55,310 bases of DNA, filler included, from Jimgerdemannia flammicorona (GCA_003990765.1; 3 parts of 3 records of this genome joined end to end with filler, not necessarily neighbours in it); one strand, 5' to 3'. Numbered from the whole stretch's first letter, positions 1 through 12,456 are shown. The notes: a model not told the origin generated them from the letters alone. Made by a program: numbers and translations.

Positions 1-417
1 GGTGGTCTTCAGATATTTTTCACTTTCAATTACTCTGAATATTATCCAAATATTTTCCGAATCATTTTTTCAGAGCAGAGTTCAGAGGGTCGGGTTCAGG
101 GTCGGGTTCAGGGGTCGGGTTCAGGGTCGGGTTTAGGGGTCGGGTTCATGTTTGGGTTAAGGGTAAATAATGGGTCGGGTGACATACATTTCCAGGTCGG
201 GTTAAAGACAGGTGACGTATTATTCTGGGTCGGGTTAAAGATGGGTGACGTACAATTCTGGGTCGGGTTAAAGACGGGTGACGTATAATTCCGGGTTGGG
301 TTAAAGACGGGTGACGTATAATTCCGGGTTGGGTTAAAGACGGGTGACGTCTAATTCCAGGTTGGCTGTTTTACGGGTCGGGTTTCGGGTTAATCAGGTC
401 GGGTTTGCGGAGCACTA
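1..417. mobile_element. Terminus of a hAT-type DNA transposon: subterminal CGGGTCGGGTT and ~30-bp repeats, TIR GAGCACTA at 410-417
   Basis: Tandem GGGTCGGGTT motifs end in GAGCACTA. The same 8-mer terminates the hAT/MITE ends at 13484, 23950, 32997 and 48030. It interrupts LINE ORF2 after codon 16. Confidence 0.75.
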
Positions 418-466
418 CCCGTAACCCATTAACGTTCAATGAAAATATCCTTGTTGTACTGTTCAT
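418..466 (-). pseudogene. Start of LINE ORF2 (APE endonuclease N-terminus), truncated by the hAT insertion
   Basis: Translates MNSTTRIFSLNVNGLR, the first motif of APE endonucleases, about 30 bp after the ORF1 stop. Confidence 0.85.
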
Positions 467-497
467 ATTGAATAGAAATTGTAAAGGAGACCCCAAC

Positions 498-2414
498 CTA
501 TAATTCCATGCTCATCTCATCCCTCGCCAAGTCCAAGAGCCGCTCAGCTTCCAATTCACCCTCCGCAATATCCCGAGCATCCAGTGCCCCCAAGATTTCC
601 TGACACTCCACCCTGTCCACCTCCTCCATATCTGCCCTATAATCCAAGCAGACTGCGCGCCACTTCTCTAGTCCCTTCCTCGAGTTCCACAATACAAGCG
701 CCCGGTCACTCGCAATCCTTCTAAGCTCCTCCTCATGCTGATTATCAACCTGATACTCGACTGACTCCAGGAGGACAGCCAGGATCTCATTCCTCATCTT
801 CCTTAGTACCTCTTCCCCATGTAGAATCTCCTCCCAATGCCTCTCCTCCATCACCCTGAAGTCCTCACCCCCCAACTCCTCAGCCACTACCCCTTCCAGG
901 GTCTTCCACATCCACTTCTCCTCATTGACTGCCTCCGCCGCCCCCTGAGCAATCTGTCCCCCATCCACCTCGGGGTCCACCAGTGCGCTCCTCCTCACTG
1001 ACTCGTCCCACTCCTCCTCTGGCACATCCATCAGCTCCTCCTCACCTCCTGCCCCATTTGGAATACTATACTGAGGGCGCCCACCTTCTCCCATTTCAGC
1101 ATCCACCTCCAAGTTATCCTCCTGCCCCTCTCCGACTCCAACCTGAGCCCCACCCTGGGCCATCTCTCCCCCTTCAGCCCAGGTGCTCTCCTGCAACCCT
1201 GCAGCCTCCGCCCCGGAGCTTCCACCAGCCCCACCCCCACCCAACTTCGCTAACAGCTCCTTCTGAATCTTCCTCCCCTGCAACCTCTCCCAGGCCCCCT
1301 TCTCCATCCGAACCCTCTTCCCATCCACCTCCCCCACCACCGTCTTCGTCTCAAACTCCCTCCAGGCTAATCTCCTCCTTACAACTGCCCCTTCCAGATC
1401 CTCCAGAGCCTCCAACAGATCCTCCTCCTCCTCCTGCGTCCCCTTCACCCTAGTGACCTTACACTCCACCTGGACCCACCTCAGCACTGCTGGCCAGTCC
1501 CTCGACTTCCCCATATTCTCCTTTCCAGCCAGTCGCACCCTGACATCGACGTCTCCAGTCCTAAGCTCCGTGCCCTCCCAGACCTTGAACCCAACATCCA
1601 CAATCTCGCCATTCTCCTTGATCACCTCCACAACCAACTCCCTGGTCCTTTCCTTCGACACCGTAGGGAGGTCCAACACCGTCAACTGTACCACCTGGGG
1701 GTCCCAGCGCATATACTGGGCCATAGGGACCACAACCCCACCAACCATCACCCCTTTCTCCATGGCCGCCAACAAGGCGTCCTCCTCCTCAAACCCCACC
1801 TCAACCCCTTCCTTTCCCCTCAAGAACTTCACCGACGCTGCTCCCTTAGCCTCCTGCGCCACCAGCCCCAAAATCATTCTCACCGTCACGGCCAAGCCCC
1901 GGAAGCACATCATGACCGCAAATTTGGACCTCGATTTCTTGAGTAACGGGGCCGACACCATGCCCGTCACCCCATCCGCCAGGTCCCTGGGCCTCGTGCC
2001 CCCTCCAAGTCCCAAATTGCCGACCACCATCACATCTGGATTTTTTGCCAGATCCCCAGTCACAGCCCCATCAGCAGTCACATCTCCAGTCCCTACTTCA
2101 GCCCCTTCCCTACCATCAGAGGTACCCTGGGGTGCATCTCCCTGACCCCCGGCAGTAGCCATCGATGCCTTCCCCAGTCCCAGCCAACTATCCAGCCCAG
2201 AAGCCATCTTCCCCATCCTGACCTTGTTAGCAAAGGTCGACCACTCCCCTCCTCTCTGCCTCAGACCTCCCCTCCCTCCGCTGCTGGGGCCCCGGCTAGC
2301 CATCGAGACCCCTGGCATCCCCAAACCATCTCCCCTCCTCCCCACCTGCTGCCAGCCAAAGGCACCGTCACCCCCCTGGCCAGTATGCTCACCAGATTGA
2401 TCATTGCCATCCAT
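498..2414 (-). CDS. ORF1 of an L1/Tx1-like non-LTR retrotransposon (RRM-like central region, acidic C-terminus)
   Basis: Intact 638-aa ORF followed immediately by an APE-type ORF2. The VEVGF...LTVLDLP...ENGEIVDV pattern resembles fungal LINE ORF1. The 5' UTR runs to ~2507, where Gypsy sequence resumes. Confidence 0.8.
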   Translation of the reverse strand: MDGNDQSGEHTGQGGDGAFGWQQVGRRGDGLGMPGVSMASRGPSSGGRGGLRQRGGEWSTFANKVRMGKMASGLDSWLGLGKASMATAGGQGDAPQGTSDGREGAEVGTGDVTADGAVTGDLAKNPDVMVVGNLGLGGGTRPRDLADGVTGMVSAPLLKKSRSKFAVMMCFRGLAVTVRMILGLVAQEAKGAASVKFLRGKEGVEVGFEEEDALLAAMEKGVMVGGVVVPMAQYMRWDPQVVQLTVLDLPTVSKERTRELVVEVIKENGEIVDVGFKVWEGTELRTGDVDVRVRLAGKENMGKSRDWPAVLRWVQVECKVTRVKGTQEEEEDLLEALEDLEGAVVRRRLAWREFETKTVVGEVDGKRVRMEKGAWERLQGRKIQKELLAKLGGGGAGGSSGAEAAGLQESTWAEGGEMAQGGAQVGVGEGQEDNLEVDAEMGEGGRPQYSIPNGAGGEEELMDVPEEEWDESVRRSALVDPEVDGGQIAQGAAEAVNEEKWMWKTLEGVVAEELGGEDFRVMEERHWEEILHGEEVLRKMRNEILAVLLESVEYQVDNQHEEELRRIASDRALVLWNSRKGLEKWRAVCLDYRADMEEVDRVECQEILGALDARDIAEGELEAERLLDLARDEMSMEL

Positions 2415-4002
2415 GTTGTTAGTCGTCAGGCACCAAAAACGTTGTAAAAGTGTTGTCTGAGTTTTGTGTCACCCGAATGTTACTGGTGAAAAGGTACTGG
2501 TCAAGCGTTACTTGATACTTTTTGTGTTTAGGTATTATAAGCTTTCCTCCTTTTCTGAGTATGGTGTTGTCCAGTTCAAACTGTTTTCAAGTCTGGTTGA
2601 TGATGGTGATTGTCTAGGGTTCAAGGTGGTTGGGCATCTTCTACTGCCCAAGATAGCTGATTAATCCATAGTATAACTCCTTATTCATATTGAATAGTCT
2701 TGATGGAGATATTTCAGAGCATCCTTGAGAGTGTATCAGCATTGATATTGATTCTCCCTGAGCAGTACTTGACAGTACAGTCATACTCATGCAGCCTGTA
2801 GATCTATCTGGCATATATTCCTTTGGAGTTCAGAGTGTAAAATAGCCAGGCAAGAGCAGAATGGTCTGTTTGAATAGTGAAGTGTTTTCCAGCTAAGTAG
2901 TAGTGGAACTTGTCTACTGCCCAAACTACTGTTAAGTATTCAAGCTTATATGACTCATAGTTCTGTTCTGCTCCATAGATACCTCAGCTTATATAGAAGA
3001 TTACATATTTATATCCATCTTTCTTCTGAGCTAGAACTGTTCTAAGTTCTATAGTACTTGCATCTGTCTGCAGGATGAACTCTAGATTTCAATCTAGTCT
3101 TCTGAGGATAGATGCTTAGGTCAACCTGGTCTTGAGTTCATTGAAGGTTTTTTGGCATTTCTTGGTCCATTTAAATTTAGTCTCCTTCTTCAGTAGCTCA
3201 TAGATAGGTGCTACAATGTTAGAGTATCTTTTGATAAATCTTCTGTAGTAGGAGGTCAGTCTAAGGAAGGTATGGACTTCTATAGTTGTTCTGGGTCTCA
3301 GGTAGACTACAACAGTCTCAATCTTCATAGAGTCTGTATAGATTCTGGTCTGATTGATGAGGTGTTCTAGATAGGCAATTTTCTGAGCCACAAACTTGCA
3401 TTTCTTATACTTGATATAGAGGCCATGCTTCTTAAGCTTCTTGAGGACTAGCTATATGTGGTTGACATATTTCTATACAGTATTGCTGAAGATAATCACA
3501 TTATCAATATAGACAAAGAGCCATTTTTCAATCTCATTGCTGAAGACTCTGTTCATCATTTGCTGAAAACTTGCTGAGATATTGCACATTCCAAATGGTA
3601 TTTGCAGATAGATATAAGTGGCATCAGATATAATAAGACTGATTTCTCACTAGTATCTTGAGTGAGATCAATCTGATGGAAGCCTGAGAACAGATCCAAG
3701 GTAGTGTAGTATTTGGCTTCACTTCTAAGAGTAGTAAGGATTTCTTGAATATTTGGTAAGAGCTACCTATCCTTTTTAGTGATTACATTGAGCTTTCTGT
3801 AGTTAATATAGAGTCTTAGTACAAACTCTCTAGGCTTGCTTCCTTTCTTTAAAGCAAGGACAATAGGTGAAGCCCAGAGACTGATAGCTTGCTTGATGAT
3901 TCTGACTTCTTCTATTTCCTTGAGTTCTGCTTACAGCCATTCTCTGTAGGCAGGTGGTATGGGTCTGGCTTTCTGGTAGATGGGCTTGGTATCACTAGTA
4001 TC

Positions 4003-4122
4003 AAAAAAACTTGCCCATATAGAACTATCTACTCAGAAAGATAGTGTTATCCTTATACAGGGGCCATGCTAATCTTCTCTATATCATTTCAATTTTTTCA
4101 AGTATCAGCAGTCCCAAAGGAC
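4003..4122 (-). ncRNA. U6: U6 snRNA retrocopy (pseudogene) with 18-bp target-site duplication
   Basis: The minus strand reads GTCCTTTGGGAC...GATATAGAGAAGATTAGCATGGCCCCTGTATAAGGATAACAC...TTTTTTT (U6 core with transitions). It is flanked by TGGTATCACTAGTATCAA at 3987-4004 and 4127-4144. Confidence 0.92.
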
Positions 4123-6910
4123 TTGATGGTATCACTAGTATCAACTTCATGATAGTACTTGGGTTCTTGATTGTAGATATTCCTGAAGTCTGTAATAAGT
4201 ACTTCTTCATTCTGGTATAGGATCTTAAGAAGTTGTTCTTCTAGGGGAAAGTTTTCTCCAATGGTATATGTGTGCTTATTCTGGTCCTTGTCTTTCTTGT
4301 GCTCAAGTTCAGTAATCTTGATGATAGCATAAGCTCCTCTTCCAGTAGATCCAAAGCCTTGTTCTTCTCTCTTAGTTTTGATGAGTTTGATGGCTTCAGT
4401 GATCTTGGACTTCTTGATTTCGTGGATCAGCATCTGGCCAATCCTATCATACTTCTTGACTTCAAATGGGGTGGTGAGGTTGTAATTCCTGACTATGAGA
4501 AAGATCTTGTCAGTATAATCAGGATTAATTACTCCTCCTTTAACTAAGATTTCACTTTTGGCCAGACTGCTCCTAGTCTTGATAATTCTGGCATGGTTCT
4601 CTGGCAACTTGACTCCAATTCTAGTGCCAAGTAGGGTGGTGGTCTGTGGTTTGAGAGTAGCATCTTGAATGCTGGCAAGGTCTATTCCTGTGGCTCCTTC
4701 TGTCTTATATTCAGGAATCTTGGCTTTGGGGTGAAACTTCTTGACCTTGAGGGTGATGTCTGGTTCTTGTTCCTCCTCATCATCACTATCAGCTTGAAGT
4801 TCTGGGGGCTGGTCATCTTCTTTGGCTTTCTTTTTTGCTTCAGCAACTTCTTCCTCATACTTCTATTGGTGAATTATCCTCACTTTACTAATACAGAACC
4901 AGCAGTTATTCAGATGTTCAGAGCAGTATATTCTAGTACCATAGAGGCATCTTTCTTGAGGGGCATAGCTATCAATGATCTTGTTGTACTACTGCTCATC
5001 TGTGAGCTTGGATGTTTTGTTCTTGTATTTGTTCACCAAGTGTATGAAGACTTTATCTCCTTCCTCTATATCTGATAGAACTCCTTTATGGATATTAATA
5101 GAGACTCATATCTTTCTTTCTCTATAGTTGATCTGCATCTTCTGAGTATTGAGATCAATGATGGCCTTGGTCTTGTGAAGTTATTGGTTGCTAATGAGAA
5201 TATCATAGTTGGTAGTACTTATAACAATCACATCTACTAGGATAGTAGCTCCTCCTATCTTAATGGGGACTTCTTGAATTTTGCCAAGGAGGATAGCTCA
5301 TATACTATCTGCTATGATATAGATTATCTTGGTGGACTCTTCAATGTCCCAGCCTAGATACTCAATTGCCTTCTTACTCATGAGGCATCCTCCAGCACTG
5401 GTATCAATGATGATATCAAAGATATAATCTTCAATCTGATATGGGGTATAGGCTGATGTCTTGTACTGATCTTTGGATTCTTTGTCTGAATCTTCAGATC
5501 CTTCCTGTGCATTGTGAGCTTCTACAATCTTGTACTCTTGATTCTTGGCAGTAGTTGCAAGTCCTACTCTTAACTGCTATCTAAAGGTAGAGACTTCAGC
5601 TAGCTGTCCAAAAGAAGTATTGACCTTCTATTCCTTAAGGTCCTTATAGATATCATACTGGTGGATCTTGGTCTTATATAGCTTTTGTTCCTTCTTACTT
5701 TCACTTTCTCCTGAGACTGGGTGGGCAGCTTCCTCTAACTCTATGTCTTGATCAATCTCCTTAGGTTGGGTCTTGCTTTGGATAGTGATAGCTAGGCTCT
5801 TCTTTGATCTTCCAACTGGCTTGCTGTTGCTCTTCTTGTCATAGGGCTTAGACTGGATTCTGGTACCTTTAGTAGTAGAATAGAATTTGAGCTCCTTGTA
5901 GTATTCTTCATCATCAGTATCACCAATCTTCTTAATGACTACTGCATTGGTTTATTCTCTAGTTCTGCTAGTATTGCTTAGTTGGGCTTTATGTCTTATT
6001 TCAGTTATATAACTCTTTGTATAGTGGCCTTCTTTACTATATCTGAAGTATATGATATTATGTTCTTCTATAGCAGCTGCAAATCTCTGCACTGGTCTCC
6101 TGTTGGCACTTTGGACTTCTCTAACAACATCACCAAGGTATGTAGTCATCTTGGAAAACTACTTGGTGAGTTCCTCCACTGGGTCAGCTTTGACTGTCTT
6201 GGGAGTAGATGAATAGTTGTCTGTTTATAACTATAGTGGGTATGATACTAGTTGGCTTAGATGGCTCTATCTTGATGCCAGTTATTTTCTCTAATAAGTA
6301 TTTGGTGGGGTGTCTGGCAGTCTAATATCTCTGTATAAAGACCACTTTCTGATCAAGGGTCAGTGCAGCTGGAGTAGACCAGATTTCTAGGGCAATTTCA
6401 GAGTGTATTCTTTTGAGGAAGATTGAATCTGCTATTTGTTCCTTGAGAGTATCATTATAACCAGTCAAGATAATCTGATAGCAGATTCAGATATAGAATA
6501 GGTTGGGATCTTTACTGAGTTCCTGGCAGATAGTATTGAGTTGATCCTTGAGAGCTTGTTTGATCTCTTCAGTATAGTATGTTGTTCTGAGGAAGGCCTT
6601 TATATTGACAAGTTTGACTATATCATTATTAGCAAATAGTGGCTACATTGAACTTGTCTCTAGCAAGTCCTCTGAGGCTGACTAGTAGAAGAGCCAATTG
6701 TGCATCCATACCAAGAGCTCATATAGTAGCAAATTATTCAAAGTCTTCAATGAAGGTCAGAATTGACTCTTCAGTAGTATATCTATAGAATGTGGGGGGG
6801 CAAATTTCTATCTTATCTTGAATTCTTGTAGGGGTGACCCTTGTAGTCAGGATAGTTGTTGTAGTAGTGTTTGTTTTTCAGCTTGAAAGTAAGAAATTTG
6901 TCTTAAATCA

Positions 6911-6927
6911 CTAGCCAATGGGCACCA
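6911..6927 (-). promoter_or_regulatory. Primer-binding site of Gypsy family A (TGGTGCCCATTGGCTAG)
   Basis: Starts with TGG, 3 nt after the LTR end. Nearly identical to the TRIM PBS at 15511-15527. Confidence 0.8.
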
Positions 6928-7600
6928 AGTTATTACATAGTAGTTACTGAATTCTTCAAATATATCAGATTCTCTTCAAGGTATATCTCTTAGACTAACT
7001 CAAGTTTGTTATAAGTAAGTTCTTATTGGAGTGCCTTCCTAAGATCTTATAGTCCTCAAACTTCTTATCTTTAAACTGTCTTATTATCTCTTTAGATTGC
7101 TTGCAAGAAAGTGTGTATAAGTGAACTTGACTGACTTTATTTCAGAGGAAATAAGAATGGTATTTATACAAAATATAATTCAATAGTTGCTAATATATAA
7201 AGCTAAATATAAATTTCAATAATCAATAAAATGCTGGAATATAGAAAACTACTAAGTTTTAGGGTCAGTACAGATGGTTGCACAGATTCAAGATACTGAT
7301 ATAACTTTGGTGATACAGGAAAATGGTACTGGAATAATTCTGAGTCACAAGGTCAGAATGCTGGTAGAGGAACAGTTATTACACAGAAAAAGGATACTGG
7401 TATAATTCAGTATAACTAAAGGACTTAGAGCAGAAAGTTCAGAACCATAGAGACTTCATCCTCATCATCACTGTCCTTAAAGAAGATAAGGTCTACAAAC
7501 ATTTTGGTCTCATCATATAGGTTGCACATTTTATGTGCTTTACATATATTATGCAAGATGATATCATCACTAATGATATCATCATGTTCAGTGGCAGTGG

Positions 7601-10527
7601 GATGGCTATGCCCCTCAAGAAAGATGCCCCCATAGTACTAGGATGTACTGCTCTGAACACCTGAATGACTGCTGGTCCTGTATCAGTGAAGTCAGGAAAA
7701 TCCACCAACCGAAACATGAGCAAGAAGCTGCTGAAGCAAAAAGGAAAGCTGAAGAAGATGACCAGCCCCCTGAGCTTTAGGCTGATAGTGATAATGAGGA
7801 GAAACAAGAATCAGATATCACTCTCAAGATCAAGAAATTCCACCCTAAAGCCAAGATCCCAGAATATAAGACTGAAGAAGTCATAAGAATGGACCTTGCC
7901 AGCATTCAAGATACTACCCTCAAACCACAGACCACCACCCTACTTGGCACTGGAATTGGAGTCAAGTTGCCAGAAAACCATGCTGGAATTATCAAGACCA
8001 GGAGCAGTCTGGCCAAAAGCAAAATCTCAGTTGAAGGAGGAGTAATTGACTCTAATTACACTGGCAAGATCTTCCTTATAATCAGAAATCACAACCCCAC
8101 TACCCCATTCAAAGTTAAGAAGCTTGATAGAATTGGCCAGATGCTGATCCACGAAATCAAGAAACCCAAGATCATTGAAGCCATCAAACTTATCAAGACC
8201 AAGAGAGGAGAACAAGGCTTTGGATCTACTAAAAAAGGAGCCTATACTACTACCAAGATTACTGAACTTGAACATAAGAAAGATAAGGACCAGAACAAGC
8301 ACACATATACTATTGGAGAAAACTTTCCCCTGGAGAAACAACTTCTCAAGATCCTGTACCAGAATGAAGGAGTACTTGCTACAGACTTCAGAGATATCCA
8401 CAATCAAGAACCCAAGTACTACTATAAAGTTGATACTGGTGATACCAAACCCATCTACCAGAAAGCCAGACCCATACCACCTGCCTACAGAGAATGGCTG
8501 CAAGCAGAACTTAAGGAAATAGAAGAAGTCAGAATCATCAAACAAGTTATTAGCCCCTGGGCTTCACCCATTGTCCTTGCCCCAAAGAAAGGAAGCAAGC
8601 CTGGAGAGTTTGTATCAAGACTCTGTATTGACTACAGGAAGCTCAATACCATCACCAAGAAGAATAGGCAACCCTTACCAAATATTCAAGAAATCCTTAC
8701 CACTCTTGAAAGTAAAGCCAAATACTACACCACCTTGGATCTATTCTCAGGCTTCCATCAGATTGGTCTCACTTAAGATACCAGTGAGAAATCAGCCTTC
8801 ATCACACCTGATACCACCTATATCTACCTGTGAATACTGTTTGGAATGTGCAATACCCCAGCAAGCTTCCAGCAAATAATAAATAGAGTCTTCAGCAATG
8901 AGATTGGAAAATATCTCTTTGTCTATATTGATAATGTGATCATCTTCAGCAATACTGTACAGGAACATGTCAACCACATACAGCTAGCTCTCAAGAAGCT
9001 CAAGGAGTATGGCCTCTACATTAAGCCTAAGAAATATAAGCTTGTAGCTTAGGAAATTGCCTACCTAGGACATCTCATCAACCAGACTAGAATCCACACA
9101 GACCCCATAAATATTGAGGCTGTTGCAGCCTACCCAAGATCCAGAACAACTACAAAAGTCCATGCCTTCCTTGGACTGGCCAGCTACTACAGAATATTTA
9201 TCAAAGGATACTCCAATATTGCAGCACCTATCTATGAGCTACTGAAGAAGGAGACCAAATTTGAATGGACCAAGAAGTACTAAGAAATCTTCAATGAACT
9301 CAAGACCAGGTTGACCCAAGCACAGAAGACCAGATTAGAACCTAGAATTCATCCTGCAGACAGATGCAAGTACTATAGAACTTGGAGCAGTTCTAGCTCA
9401 GAAGAAAGATGGACATGAATATGTCATCTTCTATATAAGCTGAGGTATCTATAGAGCAGAACAGAACTATGAGTCATGCAAGCTTGAATGCTTAGCAGTA
9501 TTTTGGGCAGTAGACAAGTTTCACTACTACCTAGCTGGGAAACACTTCACTATTCAAACAGACCATTCTGCTCTTGCCTGGCTATTCCACACTCTGAACC
9601 CCAAAGGAATATATGCCAGATAGATCTACAGGCTGCAAGAGTATGACTGTACTATCAAGCACTGCTCAGGAAGAACTAATACCAATACTGATACACTCTC
9701 AAAGATACCTCGAAATACCCCCATCAAGACTATTCAACATGAATAAGGAGCTATACTATGGATTAATCAGCTATCTTGAGCAGTAGAAGATGCCCAACCA
9801 CCTTGAACCCTGGATAATCATTATCATTAACTGGACTTGGAAACAGTTTGAACTAGACAATACTACACTCAGAAAAGGAGAAAAGCTAGTAATATCCAAA
9901 TACAAGAAGTATCAAGTAATGAAGGAAGTACATGAGCAAGAATACCTAGGAGGAACCAATACATATGATAAGGCAAGAAGAACTATGTGGTGGCCCAAGA
10001 TGGAAGAAGACCTGTACCAATTTGTCAAAGGGTATGATAAGTACCAAAAACAGAAACAAGATCAGCAAGATCAGGCACCCAGGTCATCAAGAATTGAGCC
10101 TATCCCTTTCTACTACATTGCAATAGATATCATTGGTCCACTACTAATAATACTATCAGAAAACTGCTATATTATAGTTATTGTAGATCTCTTTACCAAA
10201 TGGATAGAAGCAGGAGCATTATAAGAAGACAATGCTCTCTCTGAATGTGGAAAAGAATTATAAGATCTTAAAACTCATCCAAATTGGAGAAAAGGTCCTA
10301 TTGTATCGAAATATGATAGAAGCCTCATGGTCATGAAAACTGGAGCCTAAATGGGAAGGACTCTTCTATGTGCAAGATATCAAGAGAACTACCTTCTGGC
10401 TTAGAAAAATCTCAGGAAATATACTGCCTACTACAGTATATAGGAATAGACTCAAGAAGTATCACAAACCTATACAAGAGAAGCAAAATGTAATGACTGC
10501 CTGTGAGGTTCTAGTCTGTGAATCATA
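7601..10527 (+). pseudogene. Gypsy family A pol: CPH-x12-CxxC module, dUTPase (7817-8230), RT, RNase H, integrase (core partly deleted near 10240), no chromodomain
   Basis: Motifs TGIGVKLP/RSSLA/GGVIDSNYTG/GFGST, SPWASPIVL, LCIDYRKLN, LDLFSGFHQI, YIDNV, LQTDAS, TDHSAL, WWPKM and IDIIGPL, with in-frame stops. Confidence 0.92.
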
Positions 10528-10841
10528 ACAGCATATCCTGTGACCAGCAGGCTATCTGCCTGAACCATTCTCTAAGAGATATGGCACTAGCAACTACTCA
10601 TCCATGAGACTTTTGAAGTCAGAGGAGTTCAAACCATCAACTGATTGGTCAAGATCAGAATCAGGCCCTTGCTCTATATGAAGGGAGCAATCCTTCACCA
10701 TCATACCAAAATATAAAGAGAAGACACCAGCTCATAAATACCACTTTTCGACCCCTTGTTAGAGGTTATGGGATCAGCAAATTTTTCAGGACTGGACCAA
10801 TGAATAAGGATGCTCGAGAAGATCCTTATTCAGGAGAAAGA

Positions 10842-12456
10842 TATAATGGTGACCTCAGAATGATGATATAAGCACAGGAGACAGCCTTTCCTTATAAGCC
10901 ATCAGATCAGAGTACAAGAAGATCATATAGCATATGAGATAAGTAATGATGACTAACTGTGAGTCATTGTGACTATAATTGAGTATCTTAAGAAATATAA
11001 AAGAAGGATCAAGAAACCACAGTAGCAGCAACCAACAAGACCCACTAATCCCAAAATAGCTCAAAGACTTACTATAAATGAAATTCCTGCCACTTGCCAA
11101 ACCTCAAGATCAAGGAACCACCAAGGCACCTTGGTTGAAGAAAGGATATTCCAAGACATCAGAAGAGCCATGAGGACTCACTCAAGAAGAACTCCTAGTA
11201 TTAATCTGAATACTGGTAACCCTTATCACTATATCCTCTACTGCTGTAAAATGGAAACAAGAATCACCATTGCTATCAAATACCTCCAAATGTGGCAGGA
11301 GTACAAAATAGGAAATCTTCTCTGCTGGGAGTTCTTACAGGCTAGTACTCAAGAGCTACAAGATACCACTCTCATAGATATATGTGAAACAAGGACAGCT
11401 AAGAAGATTCATCAGATCTTCAGACATACACTATGGTTGATCCCCAACTTAAAGTATATTAAAGTCTCAGATTTCAGAGACCTATTATCCCACTGTATTA
11501 ATGCACTAGAAGCCAGAGTAGCTACAGAAGCCCAGTCTACTATCACTCTCAATAGTGATAAAGTAGAAGGCTTCTGGCACCCCATCCTCTAGAACAACCC
11601 AGACCAATTCCTGTAAGGATTGATCTCAGTATTCTAAGGCCCAAGTATCCAGATTAGACCTCCCTAAGACTCTATATTTATCCCCTATTTCATGGAAGAG
11701 AATTTCATAGATTAGAGAGCTCCTGATTTCTCCACCACCAAATGTAATGACATCATTGGTGATGATGTCATCATGCACAACATATGCAAAGCATATAAAG
11801 TACATGAAACATGCAATCTATGCAATGACAATGATGAATTCACAGACCTTATCTCCTTTGAAGACATTCTGATCTCTGATGATAAAGTCCCTATAGTTTT
11901 GAATATTCTACTCTAAGTCTCTTGGTTACACTGAATAATACCAGTACCAGCATTCTGATGTAATACTGAATAATGCCAGTTCCAGCATTCTGATGTAACA
12001 CTGAATAATGCCAGTATCAGCATTTTGATGTAACACTGAATAATGCCAGCACTGGCATTCTGATGTAATACTGAATTATACCAGCATCCTGAACCTATAC
12101 AACCATTAGTACCAACCCTGGAACTTAGCAGTTTTTCCTATCCTGGTATTTTATTTTTTTAGTTATTGGAATTTATATTTAGCTTTATATCTTAGCAACC
12201 ATTGAATTATATTTTATATAAATACTCCTCTTATTTCCTTTGAAATAAAGTCCAGTCAATTTAGTGCAATATACACACTTCCTTGCAAGCAATCTAAAAG
12301 ATAACAAGACAGTTAAAGATAAGAATTTTGAGGACTATAAGACCTTGAGAAGGTACTCCAATAAGAACTTACTTATAACAAACTTGAGTTAGTCTAAGAG
12401 ATACACCTTAAAGAGAATCTGATATATTTAAAGGACTCAGTAACCACTATGTAATA
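10842..12456 (+). repeat. 3' LTR of Gypsy family A (~1.6 kb) containing an ORF and a ~33-bp tandem array (~11930-12090)
   Basis: Preceded by PPT CAGGAGAAAGA. The start TATAATGG is a decayed TGTGATG. The 3' part (~11730-12456) matches 6931-7600 in reverse complement. It ends TGTAATA (decayed CA), with a TATA-like box at ~12215. Confidence 0.8.
11131..11670 (+). pseudogene. LTR-embedded ORF of unknown function (family A copy, decayed)
   Basis: 153-aa ORF plus in-frame continuation past stops. Aligns by eye with ORF 25693-26754 (IFQDIRRAM/IFEAIKKAI; WQEYKI/WHDYKI; HQIFRHTLW/HQIFHHTLW). Confidence 0.8.

Larger units (their letters stand above)
2508..7600 (-). mobile_element. Ty3/Gypsy family A, decayed copy: partial 5' LTR (6931-7600), PBS, gag with Zn knuckle, protease, dUTPase, RT, RNase H, integrase start
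   Basis: Decayed knuckle IYFRYSKEGHYTKSY (~6010-6055), protease IIDTSAG (~5390-5415), dUTPase GGVINPDY/GFGSTG (4340-4790), and RT/RH matching the inverted copy at 7601-9920. Confidence 0.9.

Noticed and set aside
87..410. GGGTT/GGGTC repeats as a telomere
   Set aside because: The units are irregular and CG-containing, end in the hAT TIR, and have ordinary sequence on the outer side. They are subterminal transposon repeats.
983..2145. Pro/Ser/Thr-rich plus-strand ORFs (983-1453, 1453-2145)
   Set aside because: Antisense shadows of the G-rich LINE ORF1.
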